A stretch of 52,934 nt of DNA, filler included, from Catajapyx aquilonaris (GCA_000934665.2; 3 parts of 3 records of this genome joined end to end with filler, not necessarily neighbours in it), one strand, 5' to 3'; shown: positions 10,907 through 23,301, numbered from the whole stretch's first letter. The notes: generated by a model from the sequence alone, not told the origin. Numbers and translations are program-made.

Positions 10907-12165
10907 GATATTGCCATCATGAGTTCGATAGTAAGGAATATAGCCACGTCTTCTTCTTGTTCTTTATTCTTCGCCTCCTTCAATTTTGCATCGTCTTAAT
11001 ATCAATACCAGTGCGCTACATTAATATGCTCTCTCGTGTTGGGCTCATGAAACACGAGGATTCAGGATGCATAGGTTTGGAAATTTTGAGGCCTTTTATA
11101 CTTTTCAGCTTAGCAGCGCAGTCATTTCAACTTGTCCGTAGTCGTGCTCGCTCACTACTTTCTCGATATAATGCGCCAATGAAGCAATGAGGAACACGTC
11201 GAGAGTATTTGGGTATCTGGTATTCACAATAAGCTAATATATTTCCAATATTAGACAGCAATGACAACTTGTCCCAATATGGTTGTATGAATTTATTGTG
11301 CTCATGTGTCTAATATGAATGTTGATTAAACTGATCGAGTATGAAGTGTGTGATGCATATGATTTCCGTTATTATAAAAGGGCATTTTTGCGGTAACGAA
11401 GCAAGGTTCGGACCATTTTTTAAAACTTTCATTGCGATTTTCCATTCGTGTGGAAAACCTTCGGGGATTCTGTTTTTTTTTTTCTATCGAGTTCCAGGTA
11501 AATAGGGCTGAATTTTGCCACAAATATCCGACACAAACTGTATCATTCGATAGCGCCAGAGCAGCGAGAACAAACACGGTAACGAACCAAAGTTTTCAGG
11601 ACACGCATTTCTGCACCGAGTTACACTGCGTAATAACTCTGCGAATTCTGAGTGGTTGTGATGGCAGTATAGAGATGCTCTAGACCTAGAGAAGAAAGGT
11701 ACGAGGAATCCATTGGTGATGTGACAGGATGGACACAAAGACAATAGGGGGTCGGGCGCAATGCGAGATGGGAGGGGAGACTACACTTGGTCACGTGACA
11801 GACTTGATACAGAGAGTGGGCAGAACAATGCACGATAGTGGTGGTGGTGAAAAGGGCCAGATAAAATACTGTCACAGTGACCTTGCCGTACCGGTATCTG
11901 CTTTACTTTGCATCGTAGCGCAGCAAAACTCTCGGTAACGAACCAGGAAAAAAAGTAACGAACCAAGGAGTGCGATTTTCCACCGTTCAGAACCTTTTCA
12001 CGGGTAGTATTTGTGAGCTGTTTTACCACTTCAGGACGTACTATATCGCTCAAAAACATAGAGACGATTTTGCATTTGATTCAAGTGCAGGATGCAGGAT
12101 GTCTCTTAGCCAGGAGAGAGTGACGACTCGAGATGTGACTGAGTGTTGGGACTGATCCGGAGAAC

Positions 12166-13984
12166 CAGGGTTGTGAATCGAACCGAACCCTTGCTCCGTG
12201 AACCCGATAACAGCGAACCCGCTCCGGAGCAGTAGAGTCGGAGTCCGGAGCGAGCGCCGGAACGGGGTTCGGGTTCAAGGCGGTTCAGGAGAAGAGTGGA
12301 GTGAAGGTCGGAGCTGGTTCGGAGCGAACGGCTCCGGAGTTGAACCCGGTTCAGGAGCGGGGTTCGGAGCGGGTTCGGAGCGGGTTCGGAGCGGTTCAAA
12401 GCTTGGTTAGGTACAACATACCAACCCAACAGGGGGAAAGGCAGCAAAACCGCTGGATTTACTCCAGAGTATGCATCATGTTTTCATGGTGGGAGAATGA
12501 CATTTGCAAGCACCCGCGATACAGGGTGTACCGCAAATGTCACATTCTCATGTCATGGGCATTTTTGTATGCCACAATATCTCATACCCATTTTTTGTAT
12601 GTCACATTCTCATGTCATACACATTTTTGTATGCTACAGTATGTCATACGCATTTTTGTATGCTACAATATGTCATACGCGTTTTTGTATGTTACAATAT
12701 CATATTATTGTAACATACAAAAAATGCATATGACATGAGAATGTGACATCCAAAAAATGGGTATGGGATATTGAGGCATTCAAAAATGTGTATGACATAT
12801 TGTAGGATATGTCGGACCTAGGCAGGTACGGGTCCGAATATAAGTTGGAGGGCATGTTGGTTTGGGTATGGCGACATTAAAATGTCTATGACCGTTTCTA
12901 TTAATGGTTGTTTATTATACGTAAAGATTTGACATTTCCACTTACGAGAACGTCTTTGCTTCATGTTACAGTTTACTTGAAGATGTTAGTGTTTTCCCTC
13001 AATCCCCCAAAATCACATAATTTGCGATTGAAAATTCTTACCTGCTGTGGTGCTCAACTTTGGGGTGAAGTCTCTGTGTCTGCTTCTTTCTCTCTCTCTG
13101 TCTCTGTCTGTATCTGTCTTTTTATTTACTTTCGGCGCTGCTTTTATAGTAACCAGCTTTGGGTGGGGTTTGCACCACGTGAGTATGCTAGTTCGGAGGT
13201 TTTCTATGACCTGGACCTGCGTCCTCCATCATGGCGTATTCTCTGCTCCTGAACTCTAATGATGCTTTTGAATGGTTTCTAGTACTAGGAATTCTACAAA
13301 TTTGCTGCTGCCTTACTCACGTCATGCGGTTCCATACAATTCTGTTTTAATAAGCAGGCTTACTCTATAATACTCAATCGTTTATCAAATGCTATTTTAT
13401 ATTGAAATTTAATCTTGTTTATGTCACTTGTTATGCCGTATGCGGCATGCCACATACAAAAATGCGTATGACATGAGAATGTGACATCCAAAAAATGGGT
13501 ATGACATATTCTGGCATACAAAAATGCGCATGACATAATTATTGTGGCATACAAAAAATGGGTATGAGATATTGTGGCATACAAAAATGCGCATGACATG
13601 AAAATGTGACATTTGCGGTACACCCTGCATCGCGGGTGCTTGGAAATGTCATTCTCCCACCATGAAAACATGATGCATACTCTGGAGTAAATCCATCGGT
13701 TTTGCTGCCTTTTCCCCTGTTGGGTTGGTATGTTGTACCTAACCAAGCTTTGAACCGCTCCGAACCCGATCCGGAACACGCTCCGAACCCCGTTCCTGAA
13801 CCGGGTTCAACTCCGGAGCCGTTCGCTCCGAACCAGCTCCGACCTTCACTCCACTCTTCTCCTGAACCGCCTTGAACCCGAACCCCGTTCCGGCGCTCGC
13901 TCCGGACTCCGGCTCTACTGCTCCGGAGCGGGTTCGATGTTATCGGGTTCACGGAGCAAGGGTTCGGTTCGGTTCACAACCCTG
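12166..13984. mobile_element. hAT-like foldback MITE family A, copy 2, with ~640-bp unrelated internal insert
   Basis: Same termini and arms as 4796-5874; 8-bp TSD CGGAGAAC (12158-12165, 13985-13992); non-palindromic segment ~12805-13450. Confidence 0.92.
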
Positions 13985-16165
13985 CGGAGAACCAAACATT
14001 TTCATTGTTATATACCTAGTGTTTTTTGTTATCCCTGTAGGAATGGGTGGAGGGCCTTTTTAGGCTATATCGCCCAATGAACTCTGTTAGTATATGAAAA
14101 GGGTGCTGCCTGCCTACACACCAGTCTTTGGGGACCAGGCTGACACAGACACATCAATCAAGTTATGAACTGACTAGAGGGGAAAATATTTTATAAATGT
14201 GTATTCAAACATTTATAACAGCAAATTACAATTTGGCTGGTAAGTACAAAAATGATCTCGGGCAGTGAAAGACAAGGAAGTTCATCAGTAGCACAAATGA
14301 ATGCAGATTTTTTAATGTACAGCCTATGAAAAGCGGGAGGCTCTCATGACTGAGAAGAATCAAAGACTAGCTGCCACCACCTGCTGCTGCCACCTTGACC
14401 GCTAGAGACAATTATTAACTTCCGGACCACCCATCTTGCAGTTGCATTGTAAATAGAGGCAACTGTTTATAACCCGAGGGATTCGTCAAGATTTGTTTTC
14501 AGCATCATGAATAGGAACCATTGAAGAGTACGGGCCCCCCTCTGGAGCTGCATCCCTCCCTCTTCCTCTCCAAAAAATTGGCGATATAGCCTGAGGGTGT
14601 ATCCGGATAAAACATCGCGCCACTTTCATTTTGTCATTTTTGACATCGGATTTGAAATCAGAGCTCTCTAAAGTCCCCGTAAAATAATTTTGACGCTAAT
14701 ACTGTATATCTGTCCAATTCTCTGCACATGCTGTCTGCCATATTGGATCTGGCATTTTAAATTTCGAATTTTTGGCATCGAATCTGAAATCAGCGCCATT
14801 GAAAACCATTACATAAAAATAGCGGCATTTTTGGCCGTGGATTTGCTTATTATCTGACTATCTGAGCGCTCGGCGGCAGGAAAATGCCTTGGTTCGTTAC
14901 CGTCCAAATAAATACACGAAGGTATATATGGTATTGGGCTGAATCTTTGCACACTGCTGTATTGCATGACTCCCACGGAGGTTTGCAAGTTTGACGCTCC
15001 AAATCATAGGTATAAGGTGCGTACGGGAATTTTGTGTAATTTTTGGTAACGAACCAAAGCTTTCGGATGACTCTGGTTATAGTTACTGAAACTGAAGCAC
15101 ACAGAGATCGCCCTCCGACCATTTAAGCGCATCAATCGAAAGAGGAGATCAAGCTGCATCCAACAGACGCACTTGAGAAGTGATGGAATGAATGGCAATG
15201 CTTCCAGAGGAGCCATAAGCCGCGCTTGTCCCCAGACACCAAAAGGCCTTTGGCGCGCACAGTTGAACGTATGAGCAGCTGTGGTGCCAAAGAACAGCAG
15301 CAACACTGGCCAATTTTAAGGTTGGCATTGTTTAGTAGAGATGTTGAGCATCCGATTGGTGGGATCAAGCTCTGTATTCAACGAAGAAAAAAAATCGTCG
15401 TTCATGTCCGCACTATCGCAAAAATGCCCCAAAATAATATCATCATTCGAAGAGTCTTTGGACAACCTCCGCGGTCGTCTACATCTCTACAAATGACGTA
15501 AAAACTTTCCCCCCTCCTTTCAACCTCCCCTCCATCCCCTGGTAGATACCTGCATGAAATTCATGCACTCCCGATCCAATCAAGATGCACGGCAGTGCAT
15601 CCGCCAAGTCCAAGGAACTTCCACCGCCACTGACACAGTCACACAGACTATTACTATAGCCAATAAGTCATCAGTAGGCCATTATCAAAACCAGGCGACC
15701 TATTTCAGAACACCAGGGAACGCGAATGTCTGGTTTTGCGCTTTTTATTTACGACCTGGCAGGGAAAAATGATTCACTTTACCATATTCATTGTATGCTC
15801 TGCCATGTCTCCTATCACATATCCAGAGCACGGAAATCATGATCCATACACACAATCACAATGATCGATTGAAATTATGATATCGTGCTGGTTGTGAAAC
15901 GGCCAAGAAAGATTTCCTATACGGGAAGTACCCGTTTTACGCCGCTCCATTTTACACCAGTTCGCATTAACCCCGGTTTTAAAATTACATTTGAACATTT
16001 TGTATCGGAATGGTTTGAAATATTATGATGACTACACAATCTAAACGTGAACGCATCACTCCAACACTTCTGAGACCTAACACGCGAACGTATACCTGCT
16101 CTACTTTAGTTTTTTCCTGGTGCCTTGTGGCACGTTCTATCGATATGTATACTGTACAGTACTAA

Positions 16166-16345
16166 GGGAGGCGGAGTGGTGCTGCGGTGACGTATGCGCC
16201 CACGGATGTTGAGGTCCCGGGTTCGATCCCAGCCCGGGGACACCCCCTTCATCTCGTGCAGAGTTCATTGGGTCACCTCTGGCTTCGTCTCGGGTGGTAT
16301 TTCCAACAGACTAAACCACCCGGGGGAGTTGACTAAAAATGGCCA
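16166..16345 (+). mobile_element. tRNA-derived SINE, family 2, 3'-truncated
   Basis: B-box GGTTCGATCC; homologous to the reverse complement of 24320-24493. Confidence 0.85.
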
Positions 16346-17268
16346 CCGCGTCAGATGCACTGCACTTTGCACATCCCCTCCTGTCATCCTGCCCGTGGGC
16401 CCGGGCGCTTCAAAAATAGGATTCCCAAAATTGTATACCATCGCAATAAAGGTCTGGCAGAAGACCCCTCTGGGGTTAGCCGAATACCCAATCAATTATT
16501 ATATTGGCGAATTGTTCCAGTAAGAAATTTTTGGTGACAAGTTCTTCGGTCGTGTCGCCTGATGCTCTCCTACCTGCATCCTACGTGTAGGTGTAGCAGT
16601 TACAGCCTCGCTTCATTTGGAATCGGAACCACTTTACTTGCGAGCCAGGTAGTGTAGGGCCCAGGTTGAGTTCCACTCCCCAACACCCGTAGAACCCGCA
16701 CCATTTCATTGGCAACTGCATTGAATTGCATCATGTGCCGGGTAGTGATTTAAGCAGTGAGGTGGGGTAGCAGGCACTGATGTTTTCCAGCCGTTGTGAT
16801 GTAGTTGGAAGTAGGCAGGTGACCATGGCATGGATGACTTCTGGTCTGTCCGGGTTGGGCGCTACTGAAGTGTAGTCTGCTAGGAGCAGCATTGCCATCA
16901 GGGTCACAGCACTGAGTGAAGGTGACAGAAATTGGATCCTTTGGTTGCCCCAGTGCATGGTCCACGCTTCTTGTTCCCTGCTCTTGGTTTCCGCCCATCT
17001 ATCCGCCTAATAGCCCAGGAGTTTTAGACAAAAATGAGGCCTAACCCGGACATAAATAATGTAAAGCTGAAAATTTGCACACAGGCTCTGTTTGCCATGC
17101 TGAACAACATATCAAAAGTCCCCGACTCTCCCCTGTCCGCGTCATGTTTTTTTTTGGCTCAAGAAGTACACAAGTGACACTCGCTTTGGAATTGGCAATA
17201 AAATCGAAACTACTCGTCCGATTTTTCTCGGATTCCTCTTAAAATGTTTACAATTGGGTGTACCTGGT

Positions 17269-17376
17269 GTCCAACAAGAATTGTCGCAAGCGGCAGCGCA
17301 CGAACTACAGTCTCTCGTATACCTGTGCTCGTAGATTGTAGTTCGTGCGCTGCCGCTGCGACAATTCTTGTTGGAC
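17269..17376. repeat. Hairpin with ~41-bp arms
   Basis: GTCCAACAAGAATTGTCGCAAGCGGCAGCGCACGAACTACA / TGTAGTTCGTGCGCTGCCGCTGCGACAATTCTTGTTGGAC. Confidence 0.8.
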
Positions 17377-17530
17377 TGATAGTACAACGTGACTATCAGG
17401 TCATCATATCACCTGCAGGTCAAGGTCACCGTGAAAACGCCCGCCAAGTTTGAATTTTCTCCTTGAACTTTCGAAAACATGAAAATAATCAGTTCCGCAC
17501 AGCAGACTCGACAAAATGTGTAGGACGGAA

Positions 17531-17630
17531 NNNNNNNNNNNNNNNNNNNNNNNNNNNNNNNNNNNNNNNNNNNNTTAATTAATTAANNNNNNNNNNNNNN
17601 NNNNNNNNNNNNNNNNNNNNNNNNNNNNNN
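17531..17630. other. Assembly gap with artificial linker (44 N + TTAATTAATTAA + 44 N)
   Basis: 12-mer with stops in all six frames centred in an N run; identical construct at 35166-35265. Confidence 0.95.
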
Positions 17631-17737
17631 GCACTCTCCACATGACGATGTCCGAACACGACCAGTTGCCAGGTAACGCCAAAGTCGTTGTTTACACTTG
17701 TTATATGCTATTGTGTCCAGCACTGTACTGAAACGCC

Positions 17738-17969
17738 GAGCCTATGCCATGACGATCAACAAGTCGCAGGGCCAGACTTCTGAGCACGTGGGCATTTACC
17801 TTGATGTAGTACCTGTCTTCTCACATGGCCAGCTGTATGTGTGGCACTGTCCCGGTCTCGCAACCCAAGTCAGGTCAAAGTATTCACTACTCCAACTGCT
17901 CAACACGGAACATTGCTCTCCAACAACAGAGTGTTTACACAGAATGTTGTATATCGCGAGATTTTATGA
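17738..17969 (+). pseudogene. Helitron PIF1-like helicase C-terminal remnant
   Basis: [28 protein letters not shown], then after a 2-bp frameshift ALSR...[10 protein letters not shown], the typical Helitron RepHel C-terminus. Confidence 0.88.
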
Positions 17970-18457
17970 AACTTTTCTAATGTCCGATTCAAGAAGTATA
18001 CCTACAGTATGTCGATTGATTCAGTGCCACTAAATTTTGTCTTACGACGAGCTACACTCTATTAATTCTTAGTTGTCACTCCTCGAGTCCTCTCATTCCA
18101 TTTTTTCACTCCCATTGTCTTCCTCATTACAGGTTTTGCCAAATTTTGGCTATGAGTGCACTAGTTACTGAAGGTCTGTCCACCAGTACTCATCAGCATT
18201 CTATGTGTTGTACGTTATTGTAGCCTCACATGTATGTAATCCATCTGTGTGGCCATCCCTTTACTCTTTCTAACACCGCATTGCATCGACGCTGAAATAT
18301 GTAAACATCAATATTTGAAGCAGTGAGAACCAGAAGTTGATATATGTCCATTTTTTCCATTTTTCAGGAGAGCAGTTTGAAAGTTTCAAATCATGTTTGA
18401 CGTACCTTTCATTGACATTAGAGTCTCGGTAATTTTTCTGTGATATCATTACAATAT

Positions 18458-18706
18458 GAGGGGCTCTGTGCAACATAGTCCTATGCCACATTTTTTGACG
18501 AAATGAGTTAAGGCCATATATAGATCCCCAAAGACATGCTACAGCATCTGAGTTAAAATCTCCCCGGTCCATCAACAGATGGTGTGGGTATATGGGAAGT
18601 ATTCTTATCGGATCCTATGTGATGTTATGGGATGCGAGAAGCTAAATCCTTCATTATCTCGAAATGAACCAGATGTGGCATAGGACTATGTTGCACAGAG
18701 CCCCTC
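18458..18706. mobile_element. MITE with 34-bp TIR, GAG termini (Sola2-like?)
   Basis: GAGGGGCTCTGTGCAACATAGTCCTATGCCACAT and its perfect inverse ending 18706; AT-rich flanks. Confidence 0.75.
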
Positions 18707-20025
18707 TATTGTAAGTTAATGTAATGTAAATATGGAGTAGGCTATCTAGTGCCTACACTGCAGGAGAAAAATAATAATTTCCGTCTTGGACTTAGCAACT
18801 TCTGGCTTGTAGAAATTTTAATTTTAATATTTTAACCACTTAAGTGAGGAAATGCAGGGAAATAATATCTCCTAAATTAATTTTAGTCCCTTTATTAGGC
18901 CTGTGTGTGATGACAATAATTCTAAATACATTTTTATGAAGGCCCTTTTTGGACTTATCAACATCTGGCACGAATCTATATCTCTTCAGTGCTAAGAGTA
19001 TCCCGGTCTGAAAAGGGGACTAGTAATCATCTGGCAGGGATAAAACATTTTTCTATGAAAATATGCCTGATAGAGGCCTAGAATTTCCCCTTATCTCAAA
19101 ATCGCCAAAAATGGACTTAGCAACTTCTGGTTCTCGCTGCTTCATTTTAGCATTGTCAACTTTGATGTGATATACTGTCTAATACAGAGTATGAAATGTA
19201 TACGCCTATAGGAATCAATCATTTCAATTCTAAGCAAATGTTAGAAACATGGGTAACTGTGTGGTATGATTGGTCCTAAGGTTGGTCACATATTATGAAA
19301 AGCGAACAAAGTCTACTCAACAGAGTACTCAACACAAGACATGATTTTCTGTAATAATTTCTTTCGCTCTAAATAAATTTCTAACACGTTTTACAAGAGA
19401 AGATGCCTGAATTGACATGACAATATTTTTGATAAAACAATTTACAATAACTTATATGAATGAAACCGTAAACCGCCGTAATCATATGTACTGCACATAA
19501 GCTTCTATACGTTGTTCGGTGTAATTATCGATAGCGTGTGTGAGGCTGGGATGGAATGATAATAAGGTAAGTGATAATATTGCACTTGTCATAAAAACTG
19601 AGCTCAGTTATGCGGAAGTAACTGTATCCTTTTCCTGTGATACTCTGTACTATTTTACGAGCAATATATCTGTATACAGGTGGCTTTTCTAGATTACTCC
19701 ACGAATATTTGCAGCATAAATATCATTCATTTAATAATTTAATAAAACATTAGTCACGATATACTCCATAACACCAAATAAATTGAGAAAACCCTTAATT
19801 TACTCCTGGTGTTTTTATAGCTTTACCACAACAAATGAAAATATTACACGAACAATTACGTGGCATAAGCGAAAATATGTTCTTGCCAAAGAAAGGTCCC
19901 AGCCAATGAAAATTTACATCGTGTCATGGAACTGTTATGGCATGGTAATATATTATTAACTGGTATGCTGCCATTCTATTGTGTAGACAGGCGAGACTTC
20001 TGCTAATAAATCAAAATAAGTAGCG

Positions 20026-21729
20026 ATGCCTGATACTAAAATTTCTGCAAGTAATATGTCTCCGCATGAGGTAAAGTCATGTTAATTATAACACTATTTG
20101 TTTAATTTTACTGTGTTCATTATCGATGCTCTGGTCATTTACTAATTTTCCTTTACAGGACGAAAAGGTTTGGACTCTTGAAAATGTATTCAATGGCTCA
20201 TCTGGAAGTGATGGAGAGATCGACTGGAAAGAACTGCAGGAAGTACTTGGGATACTGGTGAAAGAAGGTACAGTGATGAAGCCAATCTGATCATACATTT
20301 TTTATTTCAAAAGCCACCACTAACTTATTTTATTTTATTGTGAATTTTTCTGGTGGATGGAACATGGCAGTTTTGTCGCTGGGTAAGTCATATGGTACAA
20401 ATAGAGCCGTTAAAATGCGTGACAATTAATTATGTGTTATGCATTTCTTACTGGACCTGCACAGAATTCCCCTTCAATGGCTTTAGTGCCGATGTATGTC
20501 GCAGCATGTTGGCGATGCTTGACGTAGATCAGTCAGGAAAACTAAGTTTGGGAGAGTTTAAAACTTTATGGGACTGCATCATTAAATGGAAGGCATGTAA
20601 TAGAGTCCTTACAAGTTAGCCGTTAAAAAATGTTCAAATATTTCATTCCGCTCATTTAAACACATTTCAGGACGTTTTTATAATGTACGATCACTCGAAA
20701 TCGGGATATATCAATATCTGCGATCTGCAACATGCTCTGGATGCAGCAGGATTCAGCATCACTAATAAGATCTTGAAGGTTTTGATGACCAAGTATGGTG
20801 ATAAAAACGGCCGATTGGACTTTGATGACTTCCTGATGTGCACGGTCAAGCTTACTACGACCATGAGTAAATATTTAAATTGAGTATATTCTAAGTTGCT
20901 GTCGTTGATTGTATAAGGTGTATTACAAAATGTCTTATATTTCAGATACTATGAAACGGTGGGCCGTGAAAAAGGTCCTGAAATTCGCCGATGCGTTATT
21001 CAGAAAGCTTCTTTTTATTTAACATATTCAGCACTTGTACAACAATCTCATGAAATAAATACCTTCGAAAATTAACGCTATAAAAACTGGTTTAAATGCA
21101 TTTGCATGCCAATTTTTGTCACATGTTCTTATCTTCCTGGCAAACATAAATGATCGGTACCGAAGAGGACAATAATTCAACTCCGAGTTCTTCAAAGTTC
21201 TCATATAGGATCTGGTATACTGGGATAACCTCTTCCTAACATGCCGCCTAATTATCTTTTACATTTAAAATCATGCAACTGGCTGCGAGAGGCCCTATAG
21301 TACTGCAGTCTTCTTTCAATGTGTTTACAGTCGATTGCCATGTTATACAGCAGGCCTATAACATGTACACAAGTCGATGTCGGCGGTACGGAAAAGAACT
21401 ACAAGTACGTATACTGTACAGTACATCTTCCGTTAAGATTTGTACGACTTTTCTCGAGATTATAAAAAAATATGACATGTCATTATTCTGCTACGAAAAA
21501 TCCAAGCGAAAGTCCACCTATTTATCCTGTCGGAGTTTAGTTTGTTGCCTAATAAACTTTACAGCTGCCCTACAACAATATTATTCCCTGTATTATATTT
21601 TAAACCCGCAATACCTTCGTGTGTTTTAAGTGTTATGAACCGACAATGATTTTTATTGTTATTTTTGTATTCGTAGGTTTCCTGGATGAATGGATACAGT
21701 CACGAGCTAATAACTCTCGATACAGTTGA
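20026..21729 (+). CDS. Penta-EF-hand-only protein homologous to calpain domain IV (calpain small-subunit/sorcin-like architecture), ~180 aa
   Basis: Exons: 20026-20070 (MPDTKISASNMSPHE), 20159-20267 (DGEIDWKELQEVL), [20371-20382 microexon], 20465-20592 (GFSADVCRSMLAMLDVDQSGKLSLGEFKTLW, GC donor), 20671-20866 (YDHSKSGYINICDL...GRLDFDDFLMCTVKL), 21677-21729 (SFLDEWIQ...YS*). Exon lengths 128 and 196 and intron phases match the neighbouring calpain. In-frame TAA at 20017-20019 precedes the ATG. The terminal exon is ambiguous (alternative 20946-21022). Confidence 0.82.
20371..20382 (+). CDS. 12-nt frame-preserving microexon of the PEF-only gene
   Basis: catggcAG|TTTTGTCGCTGG|GTAAGT; same length, phase and position as the calpain microexon. 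Confidence 0.65.
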
Positions 21730-23301
21730 TGTTGTGTTCACTTGATCATCGCTGGCAACACCATTCTGGAAAACACACCTTACGGGAATGACTGAATTAA
21801 TGATCAGACATAACACCAAACATCGCCTTTGGTTATTACATCAGCACGTGACACAGGGAAATTTTATGATGTAAGGCGTTTTACCGCTTTATCAACGCCA
21901 AAAAAAATTTTTTACTAAGTGGTATTTGCCATCATAATATATTATACAGTACAGTACAGTACCATATACCTCTAACATACTTCATATTTTCTTGCAAGGT
22001 AGTCAGTAGACACTAGTTAATGCTACTGTAATAATGAGCTAATAAAAACAACCCGACAAATCCAGAACAATTTTATAAGCATAACATACAACCAGATAGG
22101 CGCTCAAGTGTCACTGCTCGTGAGAACCCTACTGGAACGGAGCTGAAGATAACACGTGGAATGTCCTTATTAAAATGAATACCCTTCCCCTACATTCTAA
22201 AAGAAACTGCTTATCACTAATCCAGTACAACAAATAAATGACCCCAACACAAAGAATAACATATAAATCCTCATACCTAAACGCTAAACAGCCTACCGTT
22301 CTTGTCATTTTCTCTTCCACATCAGTCCAGCATATCACTCAGACATTATTAATGCCATTTTTGATAGGGGATAATATGCAATGAAATAATGGTCATTTTC
22401 AATGCAATACTTTATTAGCAGTGTTTCATATGAAAAATACAACTGCAAGACAGAGGGAAAAGATTCGGGGAAAAGGGGAGTTGTATAGCATTGTTTTCAA
22501 AACGTATAGCCTGCTAATACATTATGTAATGCACAAATTGTTTCAGGCTGTGAAACTCAACGATGATACCCTGATGATACCAACTACACTACTACAGGAT
22601 CTCAACTACATTCAAGAAAACATGCTTAAATATGTGCACATATTTTAGCTATAGATTTGTGACTTGATATATTTGTTAGTAAGTTAACATAATCACGCTG
22701 CTACATAAGATGATTTAGAAGCCAAGAAATACCATTTTTGTTCAGAAAATATGTTAAATATTGCCAGAACAGATTTGTTTTTGATCAGTATTATCGGTTG
22801 AACATGTCTTTATTTCAAACAAATTCCACCCGCCAAAACAATTTAGGAGCATATCAGGAACACCTATGAATATTTATTGTAAGGATAATAATTTACACAC
22901 TCCAAAGTAAACTACTATAGACCCGGTCTTGACTAGGTACCTCTTTCATTTCATGTGCAGTATTGACAGACCTGAGAGAAAATTCAGTATGTCAACATGA
23001 AGGAATTATGTCAGCAGCCAAGAAGAGACATGAATACAAAATCCGGTTATATATGTATGTAATTAGTGTAAGTACCTAAGTCTATAGATCAAACCAAGTT
23101 TATTAATAGCCTTGTAAATGACTCCAAGTACAAATAAACAAGTAAGTCACAGGCAGCTAGAGGACTTGCATAGTGCTATCCTAATTTTATGAGGTGTTTT
23201 GTCCTCACTTTTTTATCAGTTTGAACAAGAGTTTGAAGAAGCTCTGAACCTATTCCTAATATTGTGAGGTCCTAATAAATGAGTGCATATTTTGTGGTAA
23301 A

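Noticed and set aside
17575..17586. TTAATTAATTAA island inside an N run (also 35210-35221)
   Set aside because: Identical, centred 12-mer with six-frame stops: an artificial contig linker, not biology.
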